This document shows, in pieces, positions 1-10,438 of a stretch of 64,000 bases of DNA (positions are counted from its first letter, which is position 1; each line of letters begins with the position of its first letter). The stretch comes from Betaproteobacteria bacterium (GTDB lineage: Bacteria > Pseudomonadota > Gammaproteobacteria > Burkholderiales > Eutrophovitaceae). Below the pieces are notes generated by a model. The model saw only the letters and a program-made list of their open reading frames with translations. It searched no databases and was not told where the DNA came from. A program made the translations under genes and the position numbers. The stretch spans positions 918,297-982,296 of the forward strand of contig CP070775.1 of NCBI GenBank assembly GCA_020346185.1, given 5' to 3'.

Positions 1-1907
1 TCTTCGTCGTCAATTGCAATTTGCAACGACTTGACGGGCCGGTGCGCGGCAACAGTTCAATCGTTCAGGAGCTCGAAGGCCTGTTCGGCGGTGCCGGCTG
101 GAATGTCATCAAGTTAATGTGGGGTTCGGACTGGGATCCGCTGTTCGCGCGTGACACCGACAACATTATTCTCAAGCGCTTGCACGAGACGGTCGACGGC
201 GAATTCCAGAAATACGCAGCGACCGACGGGCGCTTCAACCGGGAGCATTTCTTCAACAAGTACCCGGAGCTGCAGAGTCTGGTTGCACACTTGTCTGACG
301 AAGACATTGACCGCCTCAAGCGCGGCGGACATGATCCAATCAAAATCTACGCGGCTTATCACGCCGCCGTCAATCATCGCGGCCGCCCGACGGTGATCCT
401 TGCCCAGACCAAGAAAGGCTACGGCATGGGTCACTGGGGGCAGGGCAAGATGACGGCACACCAACAGAAGAAGCTGGAAAGCGACGCGCTGTTGGCATTC
501 CGTGACCGGTTCGCACTGCCGATATCGGACGACGATGTCGAGAAACTGCGGTTCTACCGCCCGGCTGAAGACAGCCCGGAAATGAAGTACATGCATGGGC
601 GTCGACAGGCACTCGGCGGCTACCTGCCGGCGCGCGCGGAAAAATCCGATGCTTTGCCGGTGCCGGCGCTTGATTCGTTCTCGAAGCTGCTCCGCGGCAG
701 CGGAGAGCGGGAGCAGTCAAGCACCATGGTATTCGTGCAAATGCTCTCGCAACTGTTACGCGACAAGACTTTCGGCAAACATGTGGTTCCGATTGTTGCC
801 GATGAAGCTCGCACTTTCGGCATGCAATCGTTGTTCAGGCAAGTGGCCATCTATTCGCCATTCGGGCAGCTCTACGAACCCGAGGACAAGGATGAATTGC
901 TCTACTACAAGGAAGCCAAGAACGGGCAGATTCTCGAAGAAGGAATCACCGAAGCGGGGGCCGTGTCGTCATGGCTTGCCGCTGCCACCTCTTACTCGGC
1001 GCATGACGTACCAATGCTGCCGTTTTATGTTTTCTACTCCTGCTTTGGTTTCCAGCGCATTGGGGATCTGGTTTGGACAGCCGGCGACTCGCGCGCACGC
1101 GGTTTCCTTCTCGGCGCGACGGCTGGACGCACCACTTTGTCCGGCGAAGGGTTGCAGCATGAGGACGGGTCGAGCCATCTGCTGTTTTCCAGCGTGCCAA
1201 ACTGCGTCGCATATGACCCAGCGTACGGATATGAACTGGTCACCATCATTCAGGACGGCATGCGTCGCATGCTCGACACGCAGGAGGACATTTTCTATTA
1301 CGTCACCGTGATGAACGAGAACTATGCGCAACCGGGCATGCCGGAAGGTGCAGAGGAGGGCATCATCAAGGGCATGTATCGCATTCGCGAAAGCGAAGCG
1401 AAAAAGCCGCTGGCGGCGGTGCAATTGCTCGGCTCGGGCGCGATACTGCGCGAGGTGCTGGCGGCAGCCGAAATGCTGGAAAGCGACTGGCAGATTGCAG
1501 CCGACGTCTGGAGCGTGACCAGTTTTACCGAGCTGCGACGCGACGGCATGACGGTCGAGCGCGACAATCGTTTCAACCCGGAACGGGATCCCCAACAATC
1601 GTGGATCGAGCGCTGCTTGAACGACACCAGTGGGCCTGTCATCGCGTCCACTGACTACATGCGTTCCGTAGCGGACCTCATTCGAACCTGGGTGCCGCGA
1701 CGCTACGTCACTTTGGGTACTGACGGCTTCGGCCGCAGCGATACACGCGCGGCACTACGCGACTTCTTCGAGATCGACCGCCATCATGTTATCATCGCCA
1801 CGTTGAAAGCATTGGCAGATGAGGACAGCACTGATCGCAAAAAAGTGAGCGAGGCGATCAGGAAGTACGGCATCAAGACAGCGCGACCCAGTCCGTGGGA
1901 TGTCTGA
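1..1907 (+). CDS. aceE: Pyruvate dehydrogenase E1 component (homodimeric AceE type), C-terminal ~630 aa; 5' end is outside the window
   Basis: Frame of ORF 21..1907 is open from the left window edge to TGA 1905-1907. The product carries AceE-type E1 motifs as I know them (WNVIKLMWGSDWDPLF, TKKGYGMG, TLGTDGFGRSDTR). Confidence 0.9.
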   Translation, partial: FVVNCNLQRLDGPVRGNSSIVQELEGLFGGAGWNVIKLMWGSDWDPLFARDTDNIILKRLHETVDGEFQKYAATDGRFNREHFFNKYPELQSLVAHLSDEDIDRLKRGGHDPIKIYAAYHAAVNHRGRPTVILAQTKKGYGMGHWGQGKMTAHQQKKLESDALLAFRDRFALPISDDDVEKLRFYRPAEDSPEMKYMHGRRQALGGYLPARAEKSDALPVPALDSFSKLLRGSGEREQSSTMVFVQMLSQLLRDKTFGKHVVPIVADEARTFGMQSLFRQVAIYSPFGQLYEPEDKDELLYYKEAKNGQILEEGITEAGAVSSWLAAATSYSAHDVPMLPFYVFYSCFGFQRIGDLVWTAGDSRARGFLLGATAGRTTLSGEGLQHEDGSSHLLFSSVPNCVAYDPAYGYELVTIIQDGMRRMLDTQEDIFYYVTVMNENYAQPGMPEGAEEGIIKGMYRIRESEAKKPLAAVQLLGSGAILREVLAAAEMLESDWQIAADVWSVTSFTELRRDGMTVERDNRFNPERDPQQSWIERCLNDTSGPVIASTDYMRSVADLIRTWVPRRYVTLGTDGFGRSDTRAALRDFFEIDRHHVIIATLKALADEDSTDRKKVSEAIRKYGIKTARPSPWDV

Positions 1908-2136
1908 AACCGATCTCACAAGCGATCGCATGATGCGCTGAACGCGGGCGTTGGCCCCATGTTGGCTCGAAAGGGGCTCGCGAATAGCAAGACGAGGACG
2001 TCTGGCAAACACCAACGACAACCGTGCAACGTGTATTGCGCGAGTGCATGCTGAACGAGGGACGAATAATAATGTTGCATCCGGAGTTGTTGCTGCCAGC
2101 AGAGATGTTCGACACTCGCGCCTGTCGCCCTTAACC

Positions 2137-2658
2137 ATGACCCGGATGCGAACGATTCATTTGCTCGGCGCCGCACTACTCGCAATCGCCTCGCCACTGA
2201 CAGCTGCCGACTTGTCCAAACTTCAACCCTGGTCGGGCGGCAAGCCCCCGGCGCTGGCACTAAAAGACCTCAATGACGAGCAGCACCAACTCGCGAATTA
2301 TCGCGGCAAGGTGCTGGTGGTCAATTTCTGGGCGACCTGGTGCGCGCCTTGTGTCGAGGAGATGCCAGCTTTTGAAAGGCTCGCCAAGCGCCTGACCGGA
2401 GAGCCGTTTGCACTGCTAACGGTTAATTTCGGCGAGAAGCCAACACGCATCAAGCCCTTCCTGGAAAAAATCGGCTTGGATGTGCCGGTCCTGGTGGACC
2501 CTGGCATGAGCGTATCGCGATTGTGGGTCAAGAAAGGTCTGCCGACCACGTTCATCATCGATGGAGATCAGAATATTCGCTATCAGGTTCTCGGCGAGCT
2601 GGTCTGGGACGCGCCCGAAGTCGAAGCGAAGATCAGGGAATTACTGCCGGAAGGATAG
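2137..2658 (+). CDS. TlpA/ResA-like periplasmic thiol:disulfide oxidoreductase (thioredoxin fold)
   Basis: ORF 1951..2658 trimmed to ATG 2137. This gives a signal peptide (MTRMRTIHLLGAALLAIASPLTA) followed by a WCAPC redox motif (VNFWATWCAPCVEEMP). Confidence 0.8.
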   Translation: MTRMRTIHLLGAALLAIASPLTAADLSKLQPWSGGKPPALALKDLNDEQHQLANYRGKVLVVNFWATWCAPCVEEMPAFERLAKRLTGEPFALLTVNFGEKPTRIKPFLEKIGLDVPVLVDPGMSVSRLWVKKGLPTTFIIDGDQNIRYQVLGELVWDAPEVEAKIRELLPEG

Positions 2659-2823
2659 CCACCTTCGGCGCGCAGTTGACTTACGCCCAGATGAAACGAC
2701 ACTCCTATATCGTTGACCTTCACGGCACGCCTACCGTGGTATCCCGTTCTGGCAATACTTCTGTTTCGGCAACCTCGACGCCCGAGGTTCCGCAACCGGG
2801 GTAACACCGGTCGAGAGGGGCGC

Positions 2824-3678
2824 TTGACCTATCAACCAGTCCCGCGCGTCTCGATTGACGCGCTGATCGAGCGCTACGACCTTCTTCTTTTTGATGCCTA
2901 CGGCGTGCTGGTGCACGCGAGCGGCGCCATGCCCGGAGCGCGTAGAACCATTGCCAGCCTCAACCGGGCAAACAAGCCTTACGCCGTTCTGACCAACGAC
3001 GCATCCAAGCTGCCCGAAGTGGCGGCACGACGCTACCAGGGCTTCGGACTCGACGTCAGCGCCGAGCGCATCCTCTCATCCGGAGTTCTGCTGCATGATT
3101 ATTTTCGACGGCATCGCTTGCGCGGCGCCGATTGCGTAGTGCTGGGCACTACCGACAGCAAGCGTTACGTCGAGCAAGCTGGTGGAACCGTGGTGCCAGC
3201 GGGCGCAGCATGCGACGTACTGGTGGTTGGTGATGAAAACGGATACCGTTTTGTCGAAACAATTGACGCGACGCTGAGTGGGCTATTTCGTTCCGTCGAC
3301 CGTGGCCACAGCGTGCGGCTGGTTCTGCCCAACCCGGACCTGATTTTTCCGCACGGCAACGATCGTTTCGGCATTGCCGCGGGCAGCGTCGCACTGATCA
3401 TCGAAGCAGCGCTACGACGCCGCTACCCGCTGCGTCCCGATCTGGTTTTCGATCGTCTGGGAAAGCCGCATCCCGAACTCTATGAATTGGCCATGAGCCA
3501 GTTTGGCACACGCAATGCGGTAATGATCGGCGATCAGGTCGAAACCGACATCGCCGGTGCCGTGACGTGCGATATCGACAGTACCCTGATCGCGACCGGC
3601 ATTGCAATCGTCGACGATTCGACAAGTGCAGCACCGATCCGCCCGACTTACTGGATGCCGACGCTTTGCGCTGAGTAA
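2824..3678 (+). CDS. HAD-superfamily hydrolase (subfamily IIA-like)
   Basis: ORF 2713..3678. HAD motif I (LLLFDAYGVLV) lies shortly after a TTG at 2824 that is preceded by GAGAGGGG; motif IV is MIGDQVETDIAGA. Start is uncertain (TTG 2713 or TTG 2824). Confidence 0.7.
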   Translation: MTYQPVPRVSIDALIERYDLLLFDAYGVLVHASGAMPGARRTIASLNRANKPYAVLTNDASKLPEVAARRYQGFGLDVSAERILSSGVLLHDYFRRHRLRGADCVVLGTTDSKRYVEQAGGTVVPAGAACDVLVVGDENGYRFVETIDATLSGLFRSVDRGHSVRLVLPNPDLIFPHGNDRFGIAAGSVALIIEAALRRRYPLRPDLVFDRLGKPHPELYELAMSQFGTRNAVMIGDQVETDIAGAVTCDIDSTLIATGIAIVDDSTSAAPIRPTYWMPTLCAE

Positions 3679-3806
3679 GGTCATGGCGATTCAGCCCGCG
3701 GTCAACAGTCAAGCATGGACCAACTCCAGCCGCTCAACACTGGCGCAACCATTCGGCCTCCTGGGCGGCGTTGCCGCGCTCGGCTGATCAATCGGTCAGT
3801 TCCGGC

Positions 3807-4676
3807 ATGCGGACTCGGCAACCCGTTGGGCGCACCCCGTTGTCCAGACCACTGTCGGTTTTGTGCGCGGTCTCGGCACTATTCGGCAGCACGGTTCTCG
3901 TGTCATCGGCACTGCTGGAATGCGCCAGCGTCGTGTTGCGCGCCAACGACTTCAGCCCAACACAAGGCGACTTTGAGTTGTTGCAGGTGGCACTTGCCGT
4001 TGCGGTCGGTGCTTTTCTCCCATGGTGTCACCTGGCAGGCGGCAACATCTTTTTCGACTTGGTGCCCGCACGCGAGCCGAAGCGCACGCTAAGCCGCCTT
4101 GATGCGTTCACCAGCATGCTCGTCTCCGTCATGATGGCGCAGGTCGCCTGGCGGCGCTGGAAGGAGGTGGCCGCCAGTGACTGGCCTGCAAATCGGCACT
4201 ACTCTGTTTGCCACCATGCTGCTGTTGATGTCATTGCGTGTACCGATAGCGGCATCGATATTCGTTCCAGGCGCAGTCGGATACTGGTGGGTGGCAGACG
4301 GGAACTTGCTGTTCAACGATCTCGAGGGATTAGCGCTCGCACGTTTCTCCGTCTACGACCTGTCGGTGATCCCGCTGTTTATCCTGACGGGACAGTTCGC
4401 CACCCAAGGCGCTCTGTCGCGCGCAGCGCTCAGGTTTTGCAACACGCTGGTGGGGCATTACCGCGGTGGTATGGCAACAAGGCAATCTGATTCGGCATCC
4501 TGATGTTGATGGTGATGCAGACCGGCCTTGCGCATCCGCCTGTCGGGCTCGGTATCTGCATCATCAACAGCCTTTCCCGGGACGTTGCAATGCTCGACAC
4601 CTTCGAGGGCGTGTTACCGTTTCTCGCCTCAGATTTCCTGCGCGTGATCCTGCTGTTTTGTCTTTCCAGCGATTAG
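3807..4676 (+). pseudogene. TRAP-transporter permease relic: DctQ-like N-terminal piece plus DctM with most of its middle deleted
   Basis: 3807-~4176 encodes a DctQ-like segment (VVLR...GGNIFFDLV). 4177-4503, in another frame, encodes the DctM N-terminus (VIPLFILTGQFATQGALSRAALRFCNTLVGHYRGGMA). 4494-4676, in a third phase, encodes only the DctM C-terminus (HPPVGLGICIINS...FEGVLPFLASDFLRVILLF, stop TAG 4674-4676). Intact DctM is >400 aa. No dctP is adjacent. Confidence 0.75.
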
Positions 4677-4802
4677 TCTCTGGCTGGTGCAACTCAACTC
4701 ACAAGGTACTCGAACGAAGCTGCAGCACCGTTGAACAATGCGTCCATCGTTACCGAGACCAGTACCTGGCTACCCTGACCCCCGCGTTGCCGAAGGTCTT
4801 AT

Positions 4803-5411
4803 TCAGACACTGCGCCCCAAGTCCAGCACGAAATCGAATCGCGCGTCGCGCTGCGCCCCGGTCCGCTCAACCGTCATTAACAGTTTCGGATCAAAAATGA
4901 AGTCGCGTCTGTTGAACGCCTCACCCGGGAAATAAAGTTGCGTTGTTAGCGGTCGACGGTTCGGTGCCTGCACAATGACGTGAATGTGACGTGTGCGGCC
5001 GGGATAGATTCCGGGCAATAGTGTCTCAAGTGAGAAACCACCCTGCGCATCGGAAAACTGATGGCCGCGAAACGTGTAGCCGCTATTATCGTATCGGCCA
5101 TTTGCGTCACAGTGCCAGAAATCAATCAGCGCACCGCTTATCGGCTGACATGCCGTTGAAAGTACCCTGCCGGTGAGTTTGAGCCGCTCGCCCTGCATCC
5201 CAGCGCCGACTAGCGAGACGCGGCGGGGTGAGTCGGGTTTGAAGAACGGGCCAGCGGTCTGCGGCGGCGTCGATTCACCACCACAAGAGGGTGTCGCCGC
5301 CAGTGCTCGCTTGGATGCAAGACCACCAGCGGCCAGAATCAACGGCGTGGCAGCCGCACCGGCGATAAAAGTACGGCGCCGGACATTGGTTACTCTCATC
5401 TGCTTCATCAT
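4803..5411 (-). CDS. Intradiol ring-cleavage dioxygenase family protein, Tat-exported
   Basis: 202-aa ORF. It has a twin-arginine signal (NVRRRTFIAGAAATPLILAAG) followed by dioxygenase core motifs (IDFWHCDANGRYD, YPGRTRHIHV). Confidence 0.8.
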   Translation of the reverse strand: MMKQMRVTNVRRRTFIAGAAATPLILAAGGLASKRALAATPSCGGESTPPQTAGPFFKPDSPRRVSLVGAGMQGERLKLTGRVLSTACQPISGALIDFWHCDANGRYDNSGYTFRGHQFSDAQGGFSLETLLPGIYPGRTRHIHVIVQAPNRRPLTTQLYFPGEAFNRRDFIFDPKLLMTVERTGAQRDARFDFVLDLGRSV

Positions 5412-5511
5412 GCACCTTTTTGGTTCGTGCTGGTAATCTATTCTGCGTCCACTCAGGCAGGGGCATCATCGCAAAACATTATCTCTCGCTACCTTACGTT
5501 TGTGCCAGCAA

Positions 5512-8052
5512 CTAACGCTCGGGCAGGTCGAGGCCGGCGTCGCGCGCAGCGCGCTCGGCAACTTCGCGGCGACCGGCGGCCAAAACGGAGCGACGTGCCG
5601 CTTCCTGCGCCTGCTGCTGTGCCGCGTCAACATCCTTTCGCAACTTGTCCAACCGCTCCCGGACGGCACCGCCGGTGGCCGCTTCGGTCAACTCAGACAC
5701 AGCACGTCCGGCAGCGGCAGCGGCCTCGTCGGCCTGTTGCTGGGCGAGCGCCGCGCGTTTACGCACATCGCTGACGCGATCGAGCAACGCAGCACTTTGC
5801 GCGGCAACGCCCTCGTCCGGTTGTGCATCAAGGTCGACATCTTGCGCAGCCATCGACATCACGACCATCGGTAGGTCAGGAAGGATGTTGCTAACGTCGT
5901 TACCAAACGGATCAATGATGTGTCCCTCGCGAATGCCGAACTGAAAGAACACAATGGAAGCGCCAGCCGAGTGCGTCACGATTGAATCGCTATCGGCGTA
6001 GGCCGCAAGTTCGGTTTCGGCCTCGATACGTGCCGCCGTGAGAATGGATTTCACCTCGTCGAGATGCGACTGCGCACGTTCGATCTGCGCTGGAACGACC
6101 ACGCGTATGGTCGCATTGCTCCATTCCTCGCTACGCGTCATCAGGTACGCCAACAACACCATCATCTGACCGGTCTTGTCAGCCTGCCACCAGATATCAA
6201 TGACACGCTCGCTCGCCGGCACTTTTTCCAAGGCGTCCCACTCATCCTGTTCAGCATGCAGGATGAGCAGATTACTGCCGAGTCGAAATGCCGTGCGCAG
6301 GCGACGCCCGAATCGGTCGCTGGCCCACTCGCCGGCAAGCCCGGACCTTCCCTCAATCCAGTTCGCGAGCACGGTATTGATACTGATCGGCCCGGTTCCG
6401 GCAGCTTGCACCACAATCGGCAGCGCGGCTTCGAAACTGGGCGCTGCGATCACCATCGGAAACGCATTCGTTTCATACTGCTTGAGCTCCTTGTTCATTT
6501 CTTCGAGGGCCGCTTCCCGCAATTTGAGCATGCGTACCCCTTCGCCCTCGAGCACGCGCACCACCGTTGTTAGGCCGCTGCCCCCCTCAACCCAGGAAGC
6601 GAAGCGCAACAGCCCAGCCCGGCGCGCCGGGCTGTCGGAGAACGCCAAAATATGCGGGCGCCAGTCTCGCGCGTGCTCGACTTCCCGCGAGGCAGCCAAC
6701 AGGTTCTCGCGCACCTGCTTGAGGTAGAACGCTCGCCGGCTGTCGGCCCAGCGGGCAGCACTGCCCCGTGCTTTCAGATATTGGAAAATCGCCGCCAGGA
6801 TCGCGATCGCGATAATGGCAGACCAGGTGTCAATCGCCATCGCAACACCCAGACAGGCAAACATGCCAATTAGACTCAGGTGCCGGTTGTACCAACGAAA
6901 CGTTGGCCGGAACGATGGACTCGCTGCGGTTGCTTCAAAGTAGGTCGCATAGTTAACGAGGCCGTAGGAGACGAGGAAGAACATCGACACGACCGGTGCG
7001 ATCGTGTTGAGATTGCCAAGCGCCACGACCGACAGTGCGATTGCGCACGACAGGCCCACGCCACGGCGCGGGTTGCGGCTCGGCCCGGCTCCTTGAGCAA
7101 ACCAGTGCAGCAAGGGAAAGATACGATCCCCGGCGAGCGATTGCAGGATTCTGGGCGCACCGAGGAACGACGCCAACGCCGATGAAAGCGTTGCAGCAAC
7201 CACACCGACATCAATGAGCCAGCCGGCAGCGGCGATGCTTCGCATAGCGCCGTAATCGCCCGCCAGCGTCTCGTTGGACCCGCTGGCAGCGAACAAGATC
7301 GCCAAGCTGACGTAGATCACGATAGAGACGCCGACCGCGAGAAAAGTGCCTCTCGGAATGCTTTTACCCGGGTCGCGCAGATCACCCGACATTGCAACGC
7401 CTTGAGTGAATCCGGTAACGGCAGGAAAAAAGATTGCAAACAGGATCCAAAATGGTGGTGACTGAGCGGGCTGGTGAATGTTTCGAGCCAGTAAACCGCC
7501 ATCCCATTGACCCAATGCGCCGGCAACAAACGACAGGATCGCCGCCGCCAGAACAGCCATGACAATATACTGTGCGCGGTTGGCAACGTGCGCGCCGCGC
7601 CATGCCAGCCAGAACAGCCCCAACACAGCGAATACCGCAATGGCTTGTACCAGCCGCGCATTGTCGTTGCCCACTATTGCCATCAGTGCTTCAGCAAAAC
7701 CGACGCAATAAAAACCGATCGAGACCGACTGCGCGAGAAAAAGCACGACGCCGATCGAGCCACCGTATCTAAGACCAAGCGTGCGCGAGATCAGGTAGTA
7801 AACGCCACCCCCTTTGACTCTGAAGTTGGTGGCAATTGCCGATACCGAAAAGGTGGTCAGAACGGAAATGGCATTGGCCAGCAGAATAATCGCCAGCGCC
7901 TTGACCAGACCACTACTGCCCACGACATAACCGAGCCGCAAAAACAGAATAATGCCCAGTATGGTGAGGATACTCGGCGTAAATACGCCACCAAAGGTGC
8001 CCAGCGCGCTATCGGGCGTGTTTTTACGCGGCATCAATACGCTGGGCAACAA
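5512..8052 (-). CDS. Cation-chloride cotransporter-like permease (SLC12/CCC branch of the APC superfamily)
   Basis: 846-aa ORF encoding a multi-TM permease. The CCC-type N-terminal motif LGTFGGVFTPSILTILGIILFLRLGYVVG is present. A large cytoplasmic C-terminal domain ends in an Ala/Gln/Arg-rich helical tail. Confidence 0.8.
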   Translation of the reverse strand: MLPSVLMPRKNTPDSALGTFGGVFTPSILTILGIILFLRLGYVVGSSGLVKALAIILLANAISVLTTFSVSAIATNFRVKGGGVYYLISRTLGLRYGGSIGVVLFLAQSVSIGFYCVGFAEALMAIVGNDNARLVQAIAVFAVLGLFWLAWRGAHVANRAQYIVMAVLAAAILSFVAGALGQWDGGLLARNIHQPAQSPPFWILFAIFFPAVTGFTQGVAMSGDLRDPGKSIPRGTFLAVGVSIVIYVSLAILFAASGSNETLAGDYGAMRSIAAAGWLIDVGVVAATLSSALASFLGAPRILQSLAGDRIFPLLHWFAQGAGPSRNPRRGVGLSCAIALSVVALGNLNTIAPVVSMFFLVSYGLVNYATYFEATAASPSFRPTFRWYNRHLSLIGMFACLGVAMAIDTWSAIIAIAILAAIFQYLKARGSAARWADSRRAFYLKQVRENLLAASREVEHARDWRPHILAFSDSPARRAGLLRFASWVEGGSGLTTVVRVLEGEGVRMLKLREAALEEMNKELKQYETNAFPMVIAAPSFEAALPIVVQAAGTGPISINTVLANWIEGRSGLAGEWASDRFGRRLRTAFRLGSNLLILHAEQDEWDALEKVPASERVIDIWWQADKTGQMMVLLAYLMTRSEEWSNATIRVVVPAQIERAQSHLDEVKSILTAARIEAETELAAYADSDSIVTHSAGASIVFFQFGIREGHIIDPFGNDVSNILPDLPMVVMSMAAQDVDLDAQPDEGVAAQSAALLDRVSDVRKRAALAQQQADEAAAAAGRAVSELTEAATGGAVRERLDKLRKDVDAAQQQAQEAARRSVLAAGRREVAERAARDAGLDLPER

Positions 8053-8113
8053 GGCCGCGAGTTTCGTCGTCGCGCCTCAGTCGATGGATGACTGCGCAAG
8101 TCGTGCAACTTTC

Positions 8114-9199
8114 TCAAGGTTGCCAAACAGACGGATGACAGCGCTGATAGTTCTTGGGGTAGGTCGTTTCCACTCCCAGCTCGCGTGCCGCATGCCATGC
8201 CCAGCGTGGGTCATCCATTGCTCCGCGCGCCAGTGCCACCATGTCGGCGTCACCGGCGGCAATGATGCGCTCGGCCTGCTGCGGCTGCGTGATCAAGCCC
8301 ACTGACACTACGGCAATGCCCGCTTCTTGTTTCGCCCGCCGCGCAAAATCGACGTTATAGCCGGGAGCGAATGGAATTTTCTGACGCGGGTCGATCTGTC
8401 CTGATGTGACGTCGACAAAATCGCAACCACGCGATTTCAACTCACTGGCAAAGGCCACCATTTCATCAGCGGTTATTCCACCGTCGATCCAGTCGCTACC
8501 GGTAATGCGCGCACCGCACGCCATAGTCCCGGGTAACACAGCGCGCACCGCTTCGAACACCTCGAGCGGGAACCGCATCCGGTTTTCAAGCGAGCCACCA
8601 TATTCGTCATCACGCCGGTTAGAGATGGGTGAACAGAACTCGTGCAACAAGTAACCGTGGCCGGCGTGCACTTCGACGACATCGAAGCCAATACGAGCGG
8701 CGCGCGCAGCAGCATCGACAAATTGCTGTTTAACCTTGCCCAGATCATCAACAGACATCGCGCGCGGCGTCGGCCAACCCGACGCAAACGGCAACGCCGA
8801 GGGAGCCAGCGTGGTCCAGGCACTCTCTTCCGGTCCAAGTGGCTTGCCACCCTCGATAGGCGTGCGGGCCGAGCCTTTGCGCCCGGCGTGGGCGAGCTGC
8901 ACGCCGAGTCTTGCAACACCGAACGACCGGCAGAATTCAACCACCCTTTTCAGGGCCGCCTCATTGTCATCGCCGTAAAGACCGAGACAGCGGTGAGATA
9001 TCCGGCCTTCCGGCGCCACATGAGTGGCTTCAAATATCAACAGCGCGCCGGCGCCCATCGAAAGCTGCCCATAATGCATCAGATGCCAGTCGTTCGCAGA
9101 TCCATCGTTAGCCATGTACTGACACATCGGCGACACGACGATGCGGTTGGGCAGTTCGACTTCGTTGAGCGTTATCGGACTAAACAGATGCTCGGTCAT
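8114..9199 (-). CDS. NADH:flavin oxidoreductase (Old Yellow Enzyme family)
   Basis: ORF 8114..9256 trimmed to ATG 9199 (MTEHLFSPITL...). OYE-type N-terminus PNRIVVSPMCQY...DWHLMHYG and HAGHGYLLHEF motif. Confidence 0.85.
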   Translation of the reverse strand: MTEHLFSPITLNEVELPNRIVVSPMCQYMANDGSANDWHLMHYGQLSMGAGALLIFEATHVAPEGRISHRCLGLYGDDNEAALKRVVEFCRSFGVARLGVQLAHAGRKGSARTPIEGGKPLGPEESAWTTLAPSALPFASGWPTPRAMSVDDLGKVKQQFVDAAARAARIGFDVVEVHAGHGYLLHEFCSPISNRRDDEYGGSLENRMRFPLEVFEAVRAVLPGTMACGARITGSDWIDGGITADEMVAFASELKSRGCDFVDVTSGQIDPRQKIPFAPGYNVDFARRAKQEAGIAVVSVGLITQPQQAERIIAAGDADMVALARGAMDDPRWAWHAARELGVETTYPKNYQRCHPSVWQP

Positions 9200-9530
9200 G
9201 TGATGTCGGCAACCATGTTGATTAGAGCCAATGATTGTAACAAGAGAGATCCGCATCCCCGGTCGGGCAGCTCGTCAGATAGCGGGCACAGTTTCTGCCT
9301 TGATTTCGTCTGGTGGTGAGTCACAGATTGCCAGATCATGCACATCGGGAGATTGAACAAGATTTCATTTGCAACATGCGGGGTGGCCAGCAGGCCGTCG
9401 ATGTCACGGCAATGCCTATCTCATGTGTTTTTCGTGCAATTGCGTAGGATGCCTGCCCAGAATATTACGGTGCAAGGCGACTGGCCATGACCGCTGACAA
9501 TTGCATCGAGTGGCAGCGACGGCATAACAG

Positions 9531-10364
9531 ATGAGCGGCAACCACAAGAAGCGATTCGATCGAATCGCCAAGGACTGCCGGGAAGCGCGGGTCCCGTTTC
9601 CGGAAAAGTTTGTCAAACGATTCGAGCGCGTTGCGAAAAAGCTCAACGCGGACTGGGGCCGGCCAGCGGCCGGGGAGTACCTCAATGAACTTATCTTTCC
9701 CAGCCGACCTGGACGGCGGGGCTTTCCGCCGGCGGTGGCGGCGGAGATAGTGGCCTTAAAGAATCTCCACGAGGAACGATATAAAAATGTATTCCAGGTC
9801 GTCTGGCACCAGCTCGACCAGTTGTGTTGCAACAAATCCAGCGGCGGGGGAAAGACGGTAGCCGATCTAAAAGCAACGCCGTCAACGATCGAAGCATCGA
9901 TCGACCAAACACTCGAGAAAGTTGCCAGAACACCGGTTGGCGAACGAAAATACAGCGCAGTGGTTGCCCAGCTACTGCCCGAAACGGTGCGGAACACCCT
10001 GGCTCGCGCCAAAATGGCGCGTAAGCAATCCGGAGCAACAGTTACGTTTCCCGCGCCCGAGTCGGAACGCGAGGAGCTGCTGGTCGACGCCGAATCGCTG
10101 CTCGAGGAAGAGCACTTCAACTCGGGAACTGCCATACTTGAGCAGATCGCCACACTGTTTCCGGATGAGTATCCTTTTGCCTACTTACGGCTAATGGAGA
10201 TTTACCAGCTTATCGGGCGTCCTGAAGACTTCGACTGGGTCAATCAGCGATTGTCTGAACAATTCGACTGCTCGCGGCTCGAATGGACCGCCGAGCGCCA
10301 ACAATTCAGAGCACGCCTCGACAAACTCGCAGAGTCTTTCCTCGTCGGCATGCACCGACAATAA
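9531..10364 (+). CDS. Hypothetical protein (charged, helical; C-terminal TPR-like segment)
   Basis: 277-aa ORF with coding-like composition and no competing ORF. I recognise no family. Confidence 0.55.
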   Translation: MSGNHKKRFDRIAKDCREARVPFPEKFVKRFERVAKKLNADWGRPAAGEYLNELIFPSRPGRRGFPPAVAAEIVALKNLHEERYKNVFQVVWHQLDQLCCNKSSGGGKTVADLKATPSTIEASIDQTLEKVARTPVGERKYSAVVAQLLPETVRNTLARAKMARKQSGATVTFPAPESEREELLVDAESLLEEEHFNSGTAILEQIATLFPDEYPFAYLRLMEIYQLIGRPEDFDWVNQRLSEQFDCSRLEWTAERQQFRARLDKLAESFLVGMHRQ

Positions 10365-10382
10365 TTGCTGACACAGGTCGTA

Positions 10383-10427
10383 ACAGAAAACGGGGCAGCT
10401 GCTTATCGCGAGGTAGCGCCCTGCCCC
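10383..10427 (-). terminator. Possible rho-independent terminator downstream of the aldehyde dehydrogenase gene
   Basis: On the minus strand, GGGGCAG ... CTGCCCC (7-bp GC stem, long 22-nt loop) is followed by GTTTTCTGT, 12 nt after the stop at 10439. Confidence 0.35.
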
Positions 10428-10438
10428 TGGCCATTGCA

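Noticed and set aside
969-1598. 209-aa ORF on the minus strand inside aceE, and similar long antisense ORFs elsewhere (for example 22766..23533, 32366..32929, 35789..36379, 8473..8940).
   Set aside because: They lie antisense to genes with strong family signatures and have Arg/His/Cys-rich, motif-free translations. They are typical shadow ORFs of GC-rich coding DNA.
5465-5483. Possible second Fur box upstream of the Tat-dioxygenase gene (minus strand GATAATGTTTTGCGATGAT).
   Set aside because: Only about 10/19 matches to the Fur consensus by hand alignment, with one half-site essentially lost.
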